Positions 10,080 through 20,439 of a stretch of DNA of 48,088 nucleotides are shown here, one piece after another. The notes beneath the pieces were generated by a model. It ran no database searches. It was not told the origin of the DNA and saw only the letters and a program-made list of their open reading frames with translations. Source of the DNA: a virus (Duplodnaviria; Heunggongvirae; Uroviricota; Caudoviricetes); the IMG/VR virus record IMGVR_UViG_2844443253_000007; one strand, 5' to 3'. Positions within the stretch are counted from its first letter, which is position 1. Each line of letters opens with the position of its first letter. A program made the translations under genes and the position numbers.

Positions 10080-10369
10080 TGGTGGATTTACGTAAAGCGG
10101 CGCGGGGGCAGATGTGCACCGTCAGAATTCCTGGCTACTGCAATCACAATCCCGAAACTTCTGTGCTGGCGCATTACAGGCTGGCGGGGACGTGCGGAAC
10201 AGCGACAAAACCACACGATATGCAGGCAGCGATTGCCTGTAGCTCATGCCACGATTTAATCGACGGGCGGGTAAAAACCAGCGATTACACCAAAGAAGAA
10301 TTACGCCTGATGCATGCAGAAGGTGTTTTTCGCACACAAGAAATCTGGAGAAAGGAAGGTTATTTATGA
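10079..10369 (+). CDS. DUF1364 (YbcO-like) putative nuclease, Cys-rich
   Basis: 96 aa with CxxC...HYR...CSSCHD; ATGA start/stop overlaps on both sides. Confidence 0.6.
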   Translation: MVDLRKAARGQMCTVRIPGYCNHNPETSVLAHYRLAGTCGTATKPHDMQAAIACSSCHDLIDGRVKTSDYTKEELRLMHAEGVFRTQEIWRKEGYL

Positions 10370-10920
10370 TTTACCCAACAAATACAGGCAAAAGCGGGGA
10401 ACACCTTCGTCTCACCACGCTGGAAAGTGTCTGGATTCAGGGAAAACTGCGCATGTGGGGGCGCTGGTCGTATATTGGCGGCGGTAAGACGGGAAATATG
10501 TTTAACCAGTTGCTGGCATCCAAAAAATTGACGAAAACAGCCGTCAATGAAGCCCTGCGCAGGATGAAAAAAGCGGGAATAGAGAAACCTGAGCTGGAAG
10601 CGTTTTTGCGAGAGATGATCAATGGCAAGCAAAAGACCTGGCTGGCGCATTGTACTGATGCAGAGGCGTTATGTATTGATAGAGTCATAAGTGAGGTGCT
10701 GGCAGAGCATCCTGGATTGATTAGTGTCCTCCGGCAACGGTATGAAGGGCGGGGGATGACTAAGCGTAAAATGGCTGAATTGCTGAATGACGCACACCCT
10801 GAGTGGTGTTTCCGGACGTGCTGCAGTCGGGTAGATGTATGGCTAAATCTTGCTGAATATATGCTCTATCTACCGATGCGTGATGCATTCTCTTCCGGGG
10901 ATCTAAAAACCGTTTGTTGA
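10366..10920 (+). CDS. Late-gene antitermination protein, Q family
   Basis: Position downstream of nin-like genes; RMWGRWSYIGGG motif resembles Phage_antitermQ family. Confidence 0.5.
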   Translation: MIYPTNTGKSGEHLRLTTLESVWIQGKLRMWGRWSYIGGGKTGNMFNQLLASKKLTKTAVNEALRRMKKAGIEKPELEAFLREMINGKQKTWLAHCTDAEALCIDRVISEVLAEHPGLISVLRQRYEGRGMTKRKMAELLNDAHPEWCFRTCCSRVDVWLNLAEYMLYLPMRDAFSSGDLKTVC

Positions 10921-11307
10921 CTCAATCTGTTATCCGGGGCTATATTCCTCACGCGCCAGCAAAATCTGGCGTCGGGATTGGCGTCCCGGATGTTTACGGA
11001 GCGATATGAGACGCGCCCGCGTCTTTTTTCATATCGTTTGCACAGTCACATTCGCGATTTATGGCGGGCTGTGTGGGGGAGCCGAAAGGCTCGCCGGTTT
11101 CCGTACCCGGTTACGCCAACCCTGCACAGTTCGCCACCAGTTCGATTGGCGTCGTCGGTGGCGATAATTTCCAAATGTACGGAGTTATCGTTATGACCAC
11201 TCAAATCTCTGTTGAAACTCTCTCCCCGATCACCCATAACCAGTGAGGTAGCCTGAGTTTAACGGACACTCCTTCCTGAAATAGAATGGCATCAGAAGGA
11301 GCTAATA

Positions 11308-11610
11308 ATGAGCAGAAAAACCCAACGTTACTCTAAAGAGTTCAAAGCCGAAGCTGTCAGAACGGTTCTTGAAAATCAACTTTCGATCAGTGAAGGCGCT
11401 TCCCGATTATCCCTTCCTGAAGGCACTTTAGGACAATGGGTTACCGCCGCCAGAAAAGGGCTCGGTACTCCTGGTTCCCGCACGCTGGCTGAACTGGAAT
11501 CTGAAATTCTGCAACTGCGTAAGGCGTTAAATGAAGCTCGCCTTGAGCGAGATATATTAAAAAAAGCAACAGCGTATTTTGCACAGGAGTCGCTGAAAAA
11601 TACGCGTTAA
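11308..11610 (+). CDS. IS600 OrfA
   Basis: Identical to other copies. Confidence 0.9.
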   Translation: MSRKTQRYSKEFKAEAVRTVLENQLSISEGASRLSLPEGTLGQWVTAARKGLGTPGSRTLAELESEILQLRKALNEARLERDILKKATAYFAQESLKNTR

Positions 11611-11645
11611 TCGAACAATGGCGACAACAATTTCCCATTGAAGCG

Positions 11646-12464
11646 ATGTGTCAGGTATTTGGTGTATCCAGGAGCGGTTATTACAACTGGGTACAGCATG
11701 AACCCTCAGACAGAAAACAAAGTGATGAGCGGCTAAAACTGGAGATTAAGGTGGCACATATCCGCACTTGCGAAACATATGGAACCCGGCGGCTCCAGAC
11801 GGAGCTGGCAGAGAATGGCATCATCGTTGGTCGTGACCGACTGGCACGTCTTCGTAAGGAGCTGAGGCTACGCTGTAAGCAGAAACGCAAGTTCAGAGCG
11901 ACTACGAACCCGAACCACAATCTGCCAGTTGCGCCAAATCTGCTGAACCAGACGTTCGCTCCTACAGCACCAAATCAGGTCTGGGTGGCGGACCTGACGT
12001 ATGTTGCCACACAGGAGGGATGGTTGTACCTCGCTGGCATCAAAGATGTTTATACGTGTGAAATTGTCGGCTACGCCATGGGAGAGCGCATGACAAAAGA
12101 GCTGACAGGTAAAGCCCTGTTTATGGCGCTCAGGAGCCAGCGCCCACCTGCCGGGCTAATCCACCACTCTGATCGAGGTTCACAGTACTGCGCATACGAT
12201 TACCGGGTCATACAGGAGCAGTCTGGTCTGAAAACATCAATGTCGCGTAAAGGTAACTGTTACGACAACGCTCCGATGGAAAGCTTCTGGGGAACGCTGA
12301 AAAATGAGAGCCTGAGCCACTATCGTTTTAATAACCGGGATGAAGCCATCTCAGTAATACGGGAATACATTGAGATTTTCTACAATCGTCAGCGTCGTCA
12401 CTCTCGTCTGGGGAATATCTCCCCGGCAGCCTTCAGGGAAAAATATCATCAGATGGCTGCTTAA
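11646..12464 (+). CDS. IS600 OrfB transposase
   Basis: Near-identical to other copies (one R to C substitution). Confidence 0.9.
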   Translation: MCQVFGVSRSGYYNWVQHEPSDRKQSDERLKLEIKVAHIRTCETYGTRRLQTELAENGIIVGRDRLARLRKELRLRCKQKRKFRATTNPNHNLPVAPNLLNQTFAPTAPNQVWVADLTYVATQEGWLYLAGIKDVYTCEIVGYAMGERMTKELTGKALFMALRSQRPPAGLIHHSDRGSQYCAYDYRVIQEQSGLKTSMSRKGNCYDNAPMESFWGTLKNESLSHYRFNNRDEAISVIREYIEIFYNRQRRHSRLGNISPAAFREKYHQMAA

Positions 12465-13111
12465 AAAAAGAACAAATGGTAGTGTCCGCTATTGCCAGTA
12501 CACCTCACAGATTCCTGTTATTACCACCGAACTTTTGGCGCAGCTTTACGGCACTGAGCCGGTGCGTATTCGCCAGAATCATCATGAGAACAAAGTACGC
12601 TTCGTTGAAGGGAAACACTTTTTCAAAGTTGTTGGTAATGACCTTAAAGAATTGCGGGTCGCTTTAAACTACTCACAAAATCCAGTTTCACCCAAAGCCC
12701 GCTCCCTCATCCTCTGGACAGAACGAGGCGCAGCACGCCACGGCAAAATGCTCGAAACCGATCAGGCGTGGGATGTGTTCGAAAAACTGGAAGACTGCTA
12801 TTTCAGTCAAAGGGATCCGTCAACGCCAGTTTCATGCCAGAAAAGTTACGACACGCGAGTTCTCTGTTATCAGAGAGGCGGTGTCACTGTTTCCACAATT
12901 CAGTTACGGGATGATGATATTGTTATTTCCCTTGAGTCATGGCTGGAACTGGCGAGAGCCAATGGTTGGTTTGTTGTTCGCAGAGATAAACTGGTGGAAA
13001 GGTTGATGCAGCTTTAAAAAAGTTCTTGCATTTTTGCACATAAACTGCTTCAATTACGGTAAGCTTCGCAAAGCTGTATCGCGAGGCGAATAGCAGACAT
13101 GGACACTTGAA

Positions 13112-13138
13112 AGAACCCGCTTTATGCGGGTTTTTTTG
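13112..13138 (+). terminator. Rho-independent terminator
   Basis: GAACCCGCTTTATGCGGGTTTTTTTG. Confidence 0.6.
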
Positions 13139-13225
13139 TGCCTGAAAAATGGCACAGGGCGTTAAACGCGCTGGTGGTCAGATGAGTTTGCAGATGTGAT
13201 GACATATGGTTATTATTCTGCCTCC

Positions 13226-13302
13226 GGCCCTTTAGCTCAGTTGGTCAGAGCGAGCGACTCATAATCGCCAGGTCGCTGGTTCAAGTCCAGCAAGGGCCAC
13301 CA
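13226..13302 (+). tRNA. tRNA with anticodon CAT (Ile2/lysidine-type or Met)
   Basis: Cloverleaf with acceptor GGCCCTT/AAGGGCC, anticodon loop CTCATAA, TPsiC GGTTCAAGTCC, CCA end; resembles ileX/ileZ-type. Confidence 0.8.
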
Positions 13303-13303
13303 A

Positions 13304-13380
13304 CCACCACTAGCTCATCCGGATAGAGCATCAACCTTCTAAGTTGACGGTGCGAGGTTCGAGTCCTCGGTGGTGGGCCA
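13304..13380 (+). tRNA. tRNA-Arg (anticodon TCT); unusual acceptor stem beginning with C
   Basis: Anticodon loop CTTCTAA, TPsiC GGTTCGAGTCC, acceptor CCACCAC/GTGGTGG, CCA end. Confidence 0.7.
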
Positions 13381-13382
13381 GC

Positions 13383-13458
<76 letters not shown>

Positions 13459-13461
13459 TAT

Positions 13462-13536
<75 letters not shown>

Positions 13537-13650
13537 TGACCTTTCTTAAAGTACTCCAACCTACTGAATCCTAAGGGATACGGCTTTAAGCCTCCTTGCA
13601 GAGTTACTTACTGTAACCCACTGTGTAACCCTCTCAGGGCATGCAGACAT

Positions 13651-15255
13651 ATGATTCAGCTATCCAGTAGTCACAAACTTCCAGCAGTCTACTATCTCTA
13701 CCAGCGTAACGGCGTCTACTACTTCCGTCTTAGGGTCAGACAATCAAACAATGATAGAATGACCTCAATATCATTACGGACCAAGGATAGACGCACCGCT
13801 ATGGCTTACTCAAGGCACATAAAGGCAGCACTCAAGGCAATACACGCAGACAGACCCAACGCTACCTATGAGGAAATGAGGGAACACCTTAAGGACATCG
13901 CTGAGTGTGAACTGTCTATGGGCCGTTCAGATCTCTTTGAGCCTGACATGAGGGATATCTACCGGGACCAATACGGAGAACTTGGTGAGAGCCTTACCGA
14001 TGCTCTGGCTAGTGAGCCGCTAAGCATTGACCAGCATCGTTACATCAATGAGGCCCTGAAGGTGCTAAAAGCCTGTATGAGGCGTATCGAAGCGGGAGAC
14101 AGTCAGCCTCTGATAGATTACGTCGATCTTTTTAATGATATTGATAGGCAAGATAACCAAGCAGACTCTGTGTCCCTATCTGTTAATGCTCCAGAAGTAA
14201 AACCAGAAGTTACGCCTAGCATTACCATAGCGAGCCTCTTTGAACAATACGAAGCGGAGAACTATCAGAACTGGAAGCCTGCAACCTTAAGGGAAAACAA
14301 GGCGTCACACGCTGCGTTAATCGAAATATTCGACCATCTGGGTCTCAATGCAGACGCTAACAGGGCTGACATGCTTAGGGTCCGTGATGTGCTCCAGCAG
14401 TTACCTAGGAACCGTAAGCAGCGCTTCAAGGATGTCCCACTTGCTGACCTGTTGAGCCGTGAAGATAAGACAGATTGTCTGGATGTCGTTACCATCAACA
14501 ACAAGTATCTTATTAAGATGGCTGCTGTCTTTAGGTGGGCTGTGCGCAATGACTTGATTAAAAAGAACATGACTGAGGGTCTGGAGCTTAAAGTCCCTCA
14601 GCGTAAAGCCTCAGGGGCCCGTAACGCCTTCTCTACGGAGCAGGTGGGGCAACTACTGGTCGCAGCTAAGGCATACTCTCAGAAGACCTCTGGTAAGCCG
14701 TATCATTATTATGTTACCGCCTTGGCTGCTATCACTGGGGCGAGACTCAATGAAATAGCCCAACTACAGGTCAAAGACGTCAGGACCACTGAGGCGGGAA
14801 CCGTTTATATTCATATCAATGAAGACGATAGTAGTCTACCCGGTAAGAGCATCAAGAACGCTCATAGTGACCGCTGTGTGCCTCTGGTCGATGGGGCCTA
14901 TGGTTTTATATTGGCTGACTTTATGGCGCTTGTAGAGACCCGTAGAGGCGCTGACGGTGATGACGCTATGGTGTTCGATGGTCTGCGTCTCATGAAGAAC
15001 GGTTACGGTGAGCAGGTGAGTAAATGGTTTAATCGGACGTTGTTGCCTAAAGTCCTCGTAGACCGTAGCGGCTTAGCGTTTCACTCGTTTAGACATACAG
15101 TTGCGGCCCAGTTAAAACAACATGGGGTCGAGTTGGCGTATGCACAGGCGATCATGGGGCATAGTTCAGGGTCTATTACGTACGACCGTTATGCTAAAGA
15201 GGTCGAGGTTGATAGGCTGGTCAATGTGATGGCTGATGTTTATAAGGAGACCTAG
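13651..15255 (+). CDS. int: Tyrosine recombinase / integrase (534 aa) adjacent to tRNA cluster
   Basis: C-terminal catalytic signature (R in ITGARLNE, HSFRHT, final Y in ITYDRY); N-terminal arm-binding-like domain. Confidence 0.85.
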   Translation: MIQLSSSHKLPAVYYLYQRNGVYYFRLRVRQSNNDRMTSISLRTKDRRTAMAYSRHIKAALKAIHADRPNATYEEMREHLKDIAECELSMGRSDLFEPDMRDIYRDQYGELGESLTDALASEPLSIDQHRYINEALKVLKACMRRIEAGDSQPLIDYVDLFNDIDRQDNQADSVSLSVNAPEVKPEVTPSITIASLFEQYEAENYQNWKPATLRENKASHAALIEIFDHLGLNADANRADMLRVRDVLQQLPRNRKQRFKDVPLADLLSREDKTDCLDVVTINNKYLIKMAAVFRWAVRNDLIKKNMTEGLELKVPQRKASGARNAFSTEQVGQLLVAAKAYSQKTSGKPYHYYVTALAAITGARLNEIAQLQVKDVRTTEAGTVYIHINEDDSSLPGKSIKNAHSDRCVPLVDGAYGFILADFMALVETRRGADGDDAMVFDGLRLMKNGYGEQVSKWFNRTLLPKVLVDRSGLAFHSFRHTVAAQLKQHGVELAYAQAIMGHSSGSITYDRYAKEVEVDRLVNVMADVYKET

Positions 15256-15343
15256 AGGAGACCATAGTCTAGGATGACACTTACTACAGACCTGTGTGGT
15301 CATGTTTTTGACTCATAGTTTTCTCTACTTGTCAAGGGATAAT

Positions 15344-15366
15344 TAATACGACTCACTATAGGGAGA
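15344..15366 (+). promoter_or_regulatory. T7-type promoter, exact 23-bp consensus TAATACGACTCACTATAGGGAGA (predicted +1 G at 15361)
   Basis: Exact match to the T7 RNA polymerase class III promoter consensus. Confidence 0.9.
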
Positions 15367-15463
15367 AGGGACACAAAAAGTTTTCTCTTCTAGGATGACA
15401 CTTACTACAGACCTGTGCGGTCATGTTTTTGACTCATAGTTTTCTCTGCTTGTCAAGGGGTAA

Positions 15464-15486
15464 TTAATACGACTCACTATAGGGAG
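15464..15486 (+). promoter_or_regulatory. T7-type promoter, exact 23-bp consensus (copy 2)
   Basis: Exact match. Confidence 0.9.
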
Positions 15487-15583
15487 AAGGGACACAAAAA
15501 GTTTTCTCTTCTAGGATGACACTTACTACAGACCTGTGTGGTCATGTTTTTGACTCATGGTTTTCTCTACTTGTCAAGGATAA

Positions 15584-15606
15584 TTAATACGACTCACTAT
15601 AGGGAG
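15584..15606 (+). promoter_or_regulatory. T7-type promoter, exact 23-bp consensus (copy 3)
   Basis: Exact match. Confidence 0.9.
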
Positions 15607-15630
15607 AAGGGACACAAAAAGTTTTCTCTT

Positions 15631-16004
15631 CTAGGACAACTAACCGTAACTTATCGCATCCTTTCAGGGGCGGGATGACCAATTACAGACACCAAGCGTT
15701 CTACTTAAAGTGAATGCTTCCTGTGTGCTCTGGGTCAGTCGATAAGTGAATAGCAATAAGACACAATCATCTTAATTATGGTCTCTAGTCCCTACAGGGG
15801 CTTAACTTAAAGTTAACTTAAAGACACAATTAAAGATTAACTTATAGTATTACTTAAAGTTAACTTAAAGACACAATTAGAGATTAACTTTAAGTATTAA
15901 ATAAAAGATTTAATTAAAGACCAATTAAAGATTAACTCTAAGGGAATACCTTAAGGGGTGATGATATTTATAATAATCAATCACCAAACCTATAGGTCTT
16001 CTCT
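15631..16004 (+). repeat. AT-rich non-coding region with reiterated CTTAAAG / TTAAAGA motifs (T7-group left-end / origin-like)
   Basis: Units such as cttaaagttaacttaaagacacaattaaagattaactta repeated; no ORFs. Confidence 0.7.
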
Positions 16005-16076
16005 TGAAGTGGCACACTGAATTTGGCCACCTGAACAGAGGTGATATGCTCACCTCAGAACAACACAGGTGCTCCA

Positions 16077-17245
<1,169 letters not shown>

Positions 17246-17253
17246 CCACTTCA

Positions 17254-17480
17254 TCTAGGGTCTCTCTATAGGTCTTCTCTATGGTCTCTCTATAGGTCTC
17301 TCTAGGGTCTCCTCTAGGCATTACCCCCAGAAGCTAACTCTATGGCCCTCTATGGTCCTCTATGGCCCTGTACGTCATTCTTTAGGATGCCCTGTAGTTT
17401 CGTATAGCCTGATGCCTAGAGAGACCCTAGAGAGACCCTAGAGTGGCTCCTAGAGAGACCCTCCCAGTAGCTCCGCACAG
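17254..17480 (+). repeat. Short direct repeats TCTCTATAGG / CTATGGCCCT / CCTAGAGAGACC (T7-group genome-end-like)
   Basis: Reiterated 8-12-bp motifs, non-coding; continuous with 15631-16004 region once IS911 is removed. Confidence 0.65.
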
Positions 17481-17622
17481 CTACATCGTCATCATCATAG
17501 TATTCAATCTCAAAGTCATTCTGTTTGCATCCTGTTGTCCTGCTGGTCTCCCTTCGCTTGGGGACTTTGAGTAGGTCAGTGGGGGTGCGACTTCAGGGTG
17601 CAAACAAAAAGGAAATCAAGCG

Positions 17623-17778
17623 ATGTCTCAACAACCACAACAACCACAACAAGAAATCAGCATCATTAACCTCGACCAGCTTGTGTCCATGACCTCAGTT
17701 GAAATTGCTGAGCTGACAGGCAAGGAGCACCGAAATGTCCTTCGTGATATTCGTAAGATGCTCGAAGAACTTAACGCG
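17623..17778 (+). pseudogene. Rha-family phage regulatory protein, N-terminal fragment truncated by IS1
   Basis: TSVEIAELTGKEHRNVLRDIRKML matches Rha/antirepressor N-terminal motif; ORF runs into IS1. Confidence 0.7.
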
Positions 17779-17833
17779 GGTAATGCTGCCAACTTACTGA
17801 TTTAGTGTATGATGGTGATTTTAAGGTGCTTGC

Positions 17834-18109
17834 GTGGCTTCCATTTCCATCAGATGTCCTTCCTGCTCCGCTACTGAAGGCGTGGTGCGTAACGGCAAAA
17901 GCACTGCCGGACATCAGCGCTATCTCTGCTCTCATTGCCGTAAAACATGGCAACTACAGTTCACTTACACCGCCTCTCAGCCCGGTAAGCACCAGAAAAT
18001 CATTGATATGGCCATGAATGGCGTCGGATGTCGCGCCAGTGCACGCATTATGGGCGTTGGCCTCAACACGGTTTTACGTCACTTAAAAAACTCAGGCCGC
18101 AGTCGGTAA
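17834..18109 (+). CDS. insA: IS1 InsA
   Basis: Repeated ORF. Confidence 0.9.
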   Translation: MASISIRCPSCSATEGVVRNGKSTAGHQRYLCSHCRKTWQLQFTYTASQPGKHQKIIDMAMNGVGCRASARIMGVGLNTVLRHLKNSGRSR

Positions 18110-18531
18110 CCTCGCGCATACAACCGGGCAGTGATGTGATTGTCTGCGCTGAAATGGACGAACATTGGGGCTACGTCGGTGCTAAATCACGTCAGCGCTG
18201 GCTGTTTTACGCGTATGACAGGATACGGAGGACGGTTGTGGCGCACGTCTTCGGTGAACGCACTCTGGCCACACTGGAGCGTCTTCTGAGCCTGCTGTCG
18301 GCCTTTGAGGTCGTGGTATGGATGACGGATGGCTGGCCGCTGTATGAATCACGCCTGAAGGGAAAGCTGCACGTTATCAGCAAGCGTTACACTCAGCGCA
18401 TTGAGCGACATAATCTGAATCTGAGACAACATCTGGCAAGGCTGGTACGGAAGTCACTGTCGTTCTCAAAATCGGTGGAGCTGCATGACAAGGTCATCGG
18501 GCATTATCTGAACATAAAACACTATCAGTAA
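18028..18531 (+). CDS. insB: IS1 InsB
   Basis: Repeated ORF. Confidence 0.9.
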   Translation: MSRQCTHYGRWPQHGFTSLKKLRPQSVTSRIQPGSDVIVCAEMDEHWGYVGAKSRQRWLFYAYDRIRRTVVAHVFGERTLATLERLLSLLSAFEVVVWMTDGWPLYESRLKGKLHVISKRYTQRIERHNLNLRQHLARLVRKSLSFSKSVELHDKVIGHYLNIKHYQ

Positions 18532-18546
18532 GTTGGAGTCATTACC

Positions 18547-19497
18547 AAAAAAAGCAACAGCGTATTTTGCACAGGAGTCGCTGAAAAATACGCGTTAATC
18601 GAACAATGGCGACAACAATTTCCCATTGAAGCGATGTGTCAGGTATTTGGTGTATCCAGGAGCGGTTATTACAACTGGGTACAGCATGAACCCTCAGACA
18701 GAAAACAAAGTGATGAGCGGCTAAAACCGGAGATTAAGGTGGCACATATCCGCACTCGCGAAACATATGGAACCCGGCGGCTCCAGACGGAGCTGGCAGA
18801 GAATGGCATCATCGTTGGTCGTGACCGACTGGCACGTCTTCGTAAGGAGCTGAGGCTACGCTGTAAGCAGAAACGCAAGTTCAGAGCGACTACGAACCCG
18901 AACCACAATCTGCCAGTTGCGCCAAATCTGCTGAACCAGACGTTCGCTCCTACAGCACCAAATCAGGTCTGGGTGGCGGACCTGACGTATGTTGCCACAC
19001 AGGAGGGATGGTTGTACCTCGCTGGCATCAAAGATGTTTATACGTGTGAAATTGTCGGCTACGCCATGGGAGAGCGCATGACAAAAGAGCTGACAGGTAA
19101 AGCCCTGTTTATGGCGCTCAGGAGCCAGCGCCCACCTGCCGGGCTAATCCACCACTCTGATCGAGGTTCACAGTACTGCGCATACGATTACCGGGTCATA
19201 CAGGAGCAGTCTGGTCTGAAAACATCAATGTCGCGTAAAGGTAACTGTTACGACAACGCTCCGATGGAAAGCTTCTGGGGAACGCTGAAAAATGAGAGCC
19301 TGAGCCACTATCGTTTTAATAACCGGGATGAAGCCATCTCAGTAATACGGGAATACATTGAGATTTTCTACAATCGTCAGCGTCGTCACTCTCGTCTGGG
19401 GAATATCTCCCCGGCAGCCTTCAGGGAAAAATATCATCAGATGACTGCTTAAAAAAAGAACAAATGGTAGTGTCCGCTATTGCCAGTACACCTCAGT
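18547..19497 (+). mobile_element. IS600, 3' partial copy (~951 bp; first ~325 bp including most of orfA missing)
   Basis: Begins at A-run inside orfA 3' end; ends with IS600 right terminus ...CACCTCA. Confidence 0.9.
18634..19452 (+). CDS. IS600 OrfB transposase (no orfA upstream)
   Basis: Near-identical to other copies. Confidence 0.85.
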   Translation: MCQVFGVSRSGYYNWVQHEPSDRKQSDERLKPEIKVAHIRTRETYGTRRLQTELAENGIIVGRDRLARLRKELRLRCKQKRKFRATTNPNHNLPVAPNLLNQTFAPTAPNQVWVADLTYVATQEGWLYLAGIKDVYTCEIVGYAMGERMTKELTGKALFMALRSQRPPAGLIHHSDRGSQYCAYDYRVIQEQSGLKTSMSRKGNCYDNAPMESFWGTLKNESLSHYRFNNRDEAISVIREYIEIFYNRQRRHSRLGNISPAAFREKYHQMTA

Positions 19498-19498
19498 A

Positions 19499-19848
19499 AT
19501 CCATCCAGGCCTGTTGTTGCAGAGCTTGGCGATGATTCAGGCTGGCATTTTTTCAGCCAGAGAAACCCGGATAACAGCATAGTGTTCACTGTTAACGGAC
19601 AGGTAATTCCGTTAAATTACGGAAACTTCGATGCCCGCTATAAATATCGAACAGAGGGGGTACAGGATGTACGGTATGGCCATGAAATGTATTACAGCCC
19701 CGGCAGTAACACCGTTTCGTGGAGATTTTGCGCACCTTCGGGACACGGGCTGTCAGGGATGGCGATATCGGATACCGGCCGTAACTCAGCGGATAACGTT
19801 GACGGTGTGTATTACCGACCACTGCAAAAACTGATTAATGGCACCTAG
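19499..19848 (+). pseudogene. Phage tail fiber protein, C-terminal fragment (5' part removed at IS600 junction)
   Basis: ORF track protein begins inside IS600 end; C-terminal fiber-like sequence followed by tail fiber assembly gene. Confidence 0.55.
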
Positions 19849-19871
19849 TATAACGTAGCGAGTATTTAACA

Positions 19872-20416
19872 ATGTTGCATTTAAAAAATATTACTACGGG
19901 TAATCCGAAAACAGCAGAACAATATCAGATGACAAAACGATATTCGGTCACCTGGCTTTTTTCAGAAGACGGAAAAAACTGGTATGAAGAGCTGAAGAAT
20001 TTCGCCAGGACACAATTAAAATAACTTACACCGGAGACGGTCGCGTGGTGTGGGTCGGTAAGGATGTGACAGGCATTGAACCCCGTAACGCCAGTGTTAT
20101 TGAAGTTCCTGATATTACCGCCAACCGCCGCATTACCGCGCCGGGTTACTGGTTTTACCGCAATGATGAATTTGTCTTTGACTACAGACTCAAAGCGGAA
20201 GATGAGCGTGATGCCCTTCTGGCTCAGGTCAGTGCCCGGACAGGGGAATGGGAAGAAGACCTGCTGCTGGGGTTAATCAGCGACGAAGATAAAGAAAAGC
20301 TGAAAGCCTGTCGTATTTACGCGAAATCGCTGCAGGCGATGGATTTCAGCACCATCACTGATAAATCCTCATACAACGCCATTGAATGGCCCGCCTCTCC
20401 GGAAGGTTCTTCCTGA
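19872..20416 (+). pseudogene. Tail fiber assembly protein, frameshifted near 20000
   Basis: N-part [19 protein letters not shown]... stops at 20024; C-part continues in another frame and ends with IEWPASPE typical of Tfa. Confidence 0.65.
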
Positions 20417-20439
20417 TTTAATTTATCGCGAGAAAAACA

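Larger units (their letters stand above)
11243..12507 (+). mobile_element. IS600, complete, flanked by 3-bp target duplication CAG (copy has a 1-nt insertion in left end)
   Basis: IS600 termini; CAG at 11240-11242 and 12508-12510. Confidence 0.95.
11194..13017 (+). pseudogene. Phage antirepressor-like protein (ORF6N/Bro-N-type N-terminus) split by IS600; frame is restored on removal of the IS
   Basis: MTTQISVETLSPITHNQ|IPVITTELLAQLYG... in frame across IS600 with 3-bp repeat CAG. Confidence 0.7.
15269..15630 (+). repeat. Three tandem ~121-bp direct repeats, each containing one perfect T7 class III promoter consensus
   Basis: Units 15269-15389, 15390-15510, 15511-15630 differ at only a few positions. 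Confidence 0.95.
17779..18546 (+). mobile_element. IS1, 768 bp, no target duplication (abuts truncated IS600)
   Basis: IS1 termini; right end directly joined to IS600 internal position ~326. Confidence 0.9.

Noticed and set aside
12370-13017. 215-aa ORF as a single gene
   Set aside because: Chimeric reading frame starting inside the IS600 right end and continuing into the antirepressor gene.
15344-15606. T7 promoters as cloning-vector contamination
   Set aside because: Flanking sequence does not resemble common vector T7 promoter contexts as I recall them (no lac operator, MCS or vector backbone). The three copies are slightly diverged, and the region is interrupted by an IS911 with a proper target duplication and flanked by native tRNA and integrase genes. 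Cannot be fully excluded without a database search.
15269-15630. Possible CRISPR array (regularly spaced ~121-bp repeats)
   Set aside because: Units are contiguous tandem duplicates with no unique spacers, are far longer than CRISPR repeats, and each contains a T7 promoter; no cas genes nearby.
19480-19848. 122-aa ORF with TTG start
   Set aside because: Start lies inside the IS600 terminus; the real feature is a truncated tail fiber C-terminus.
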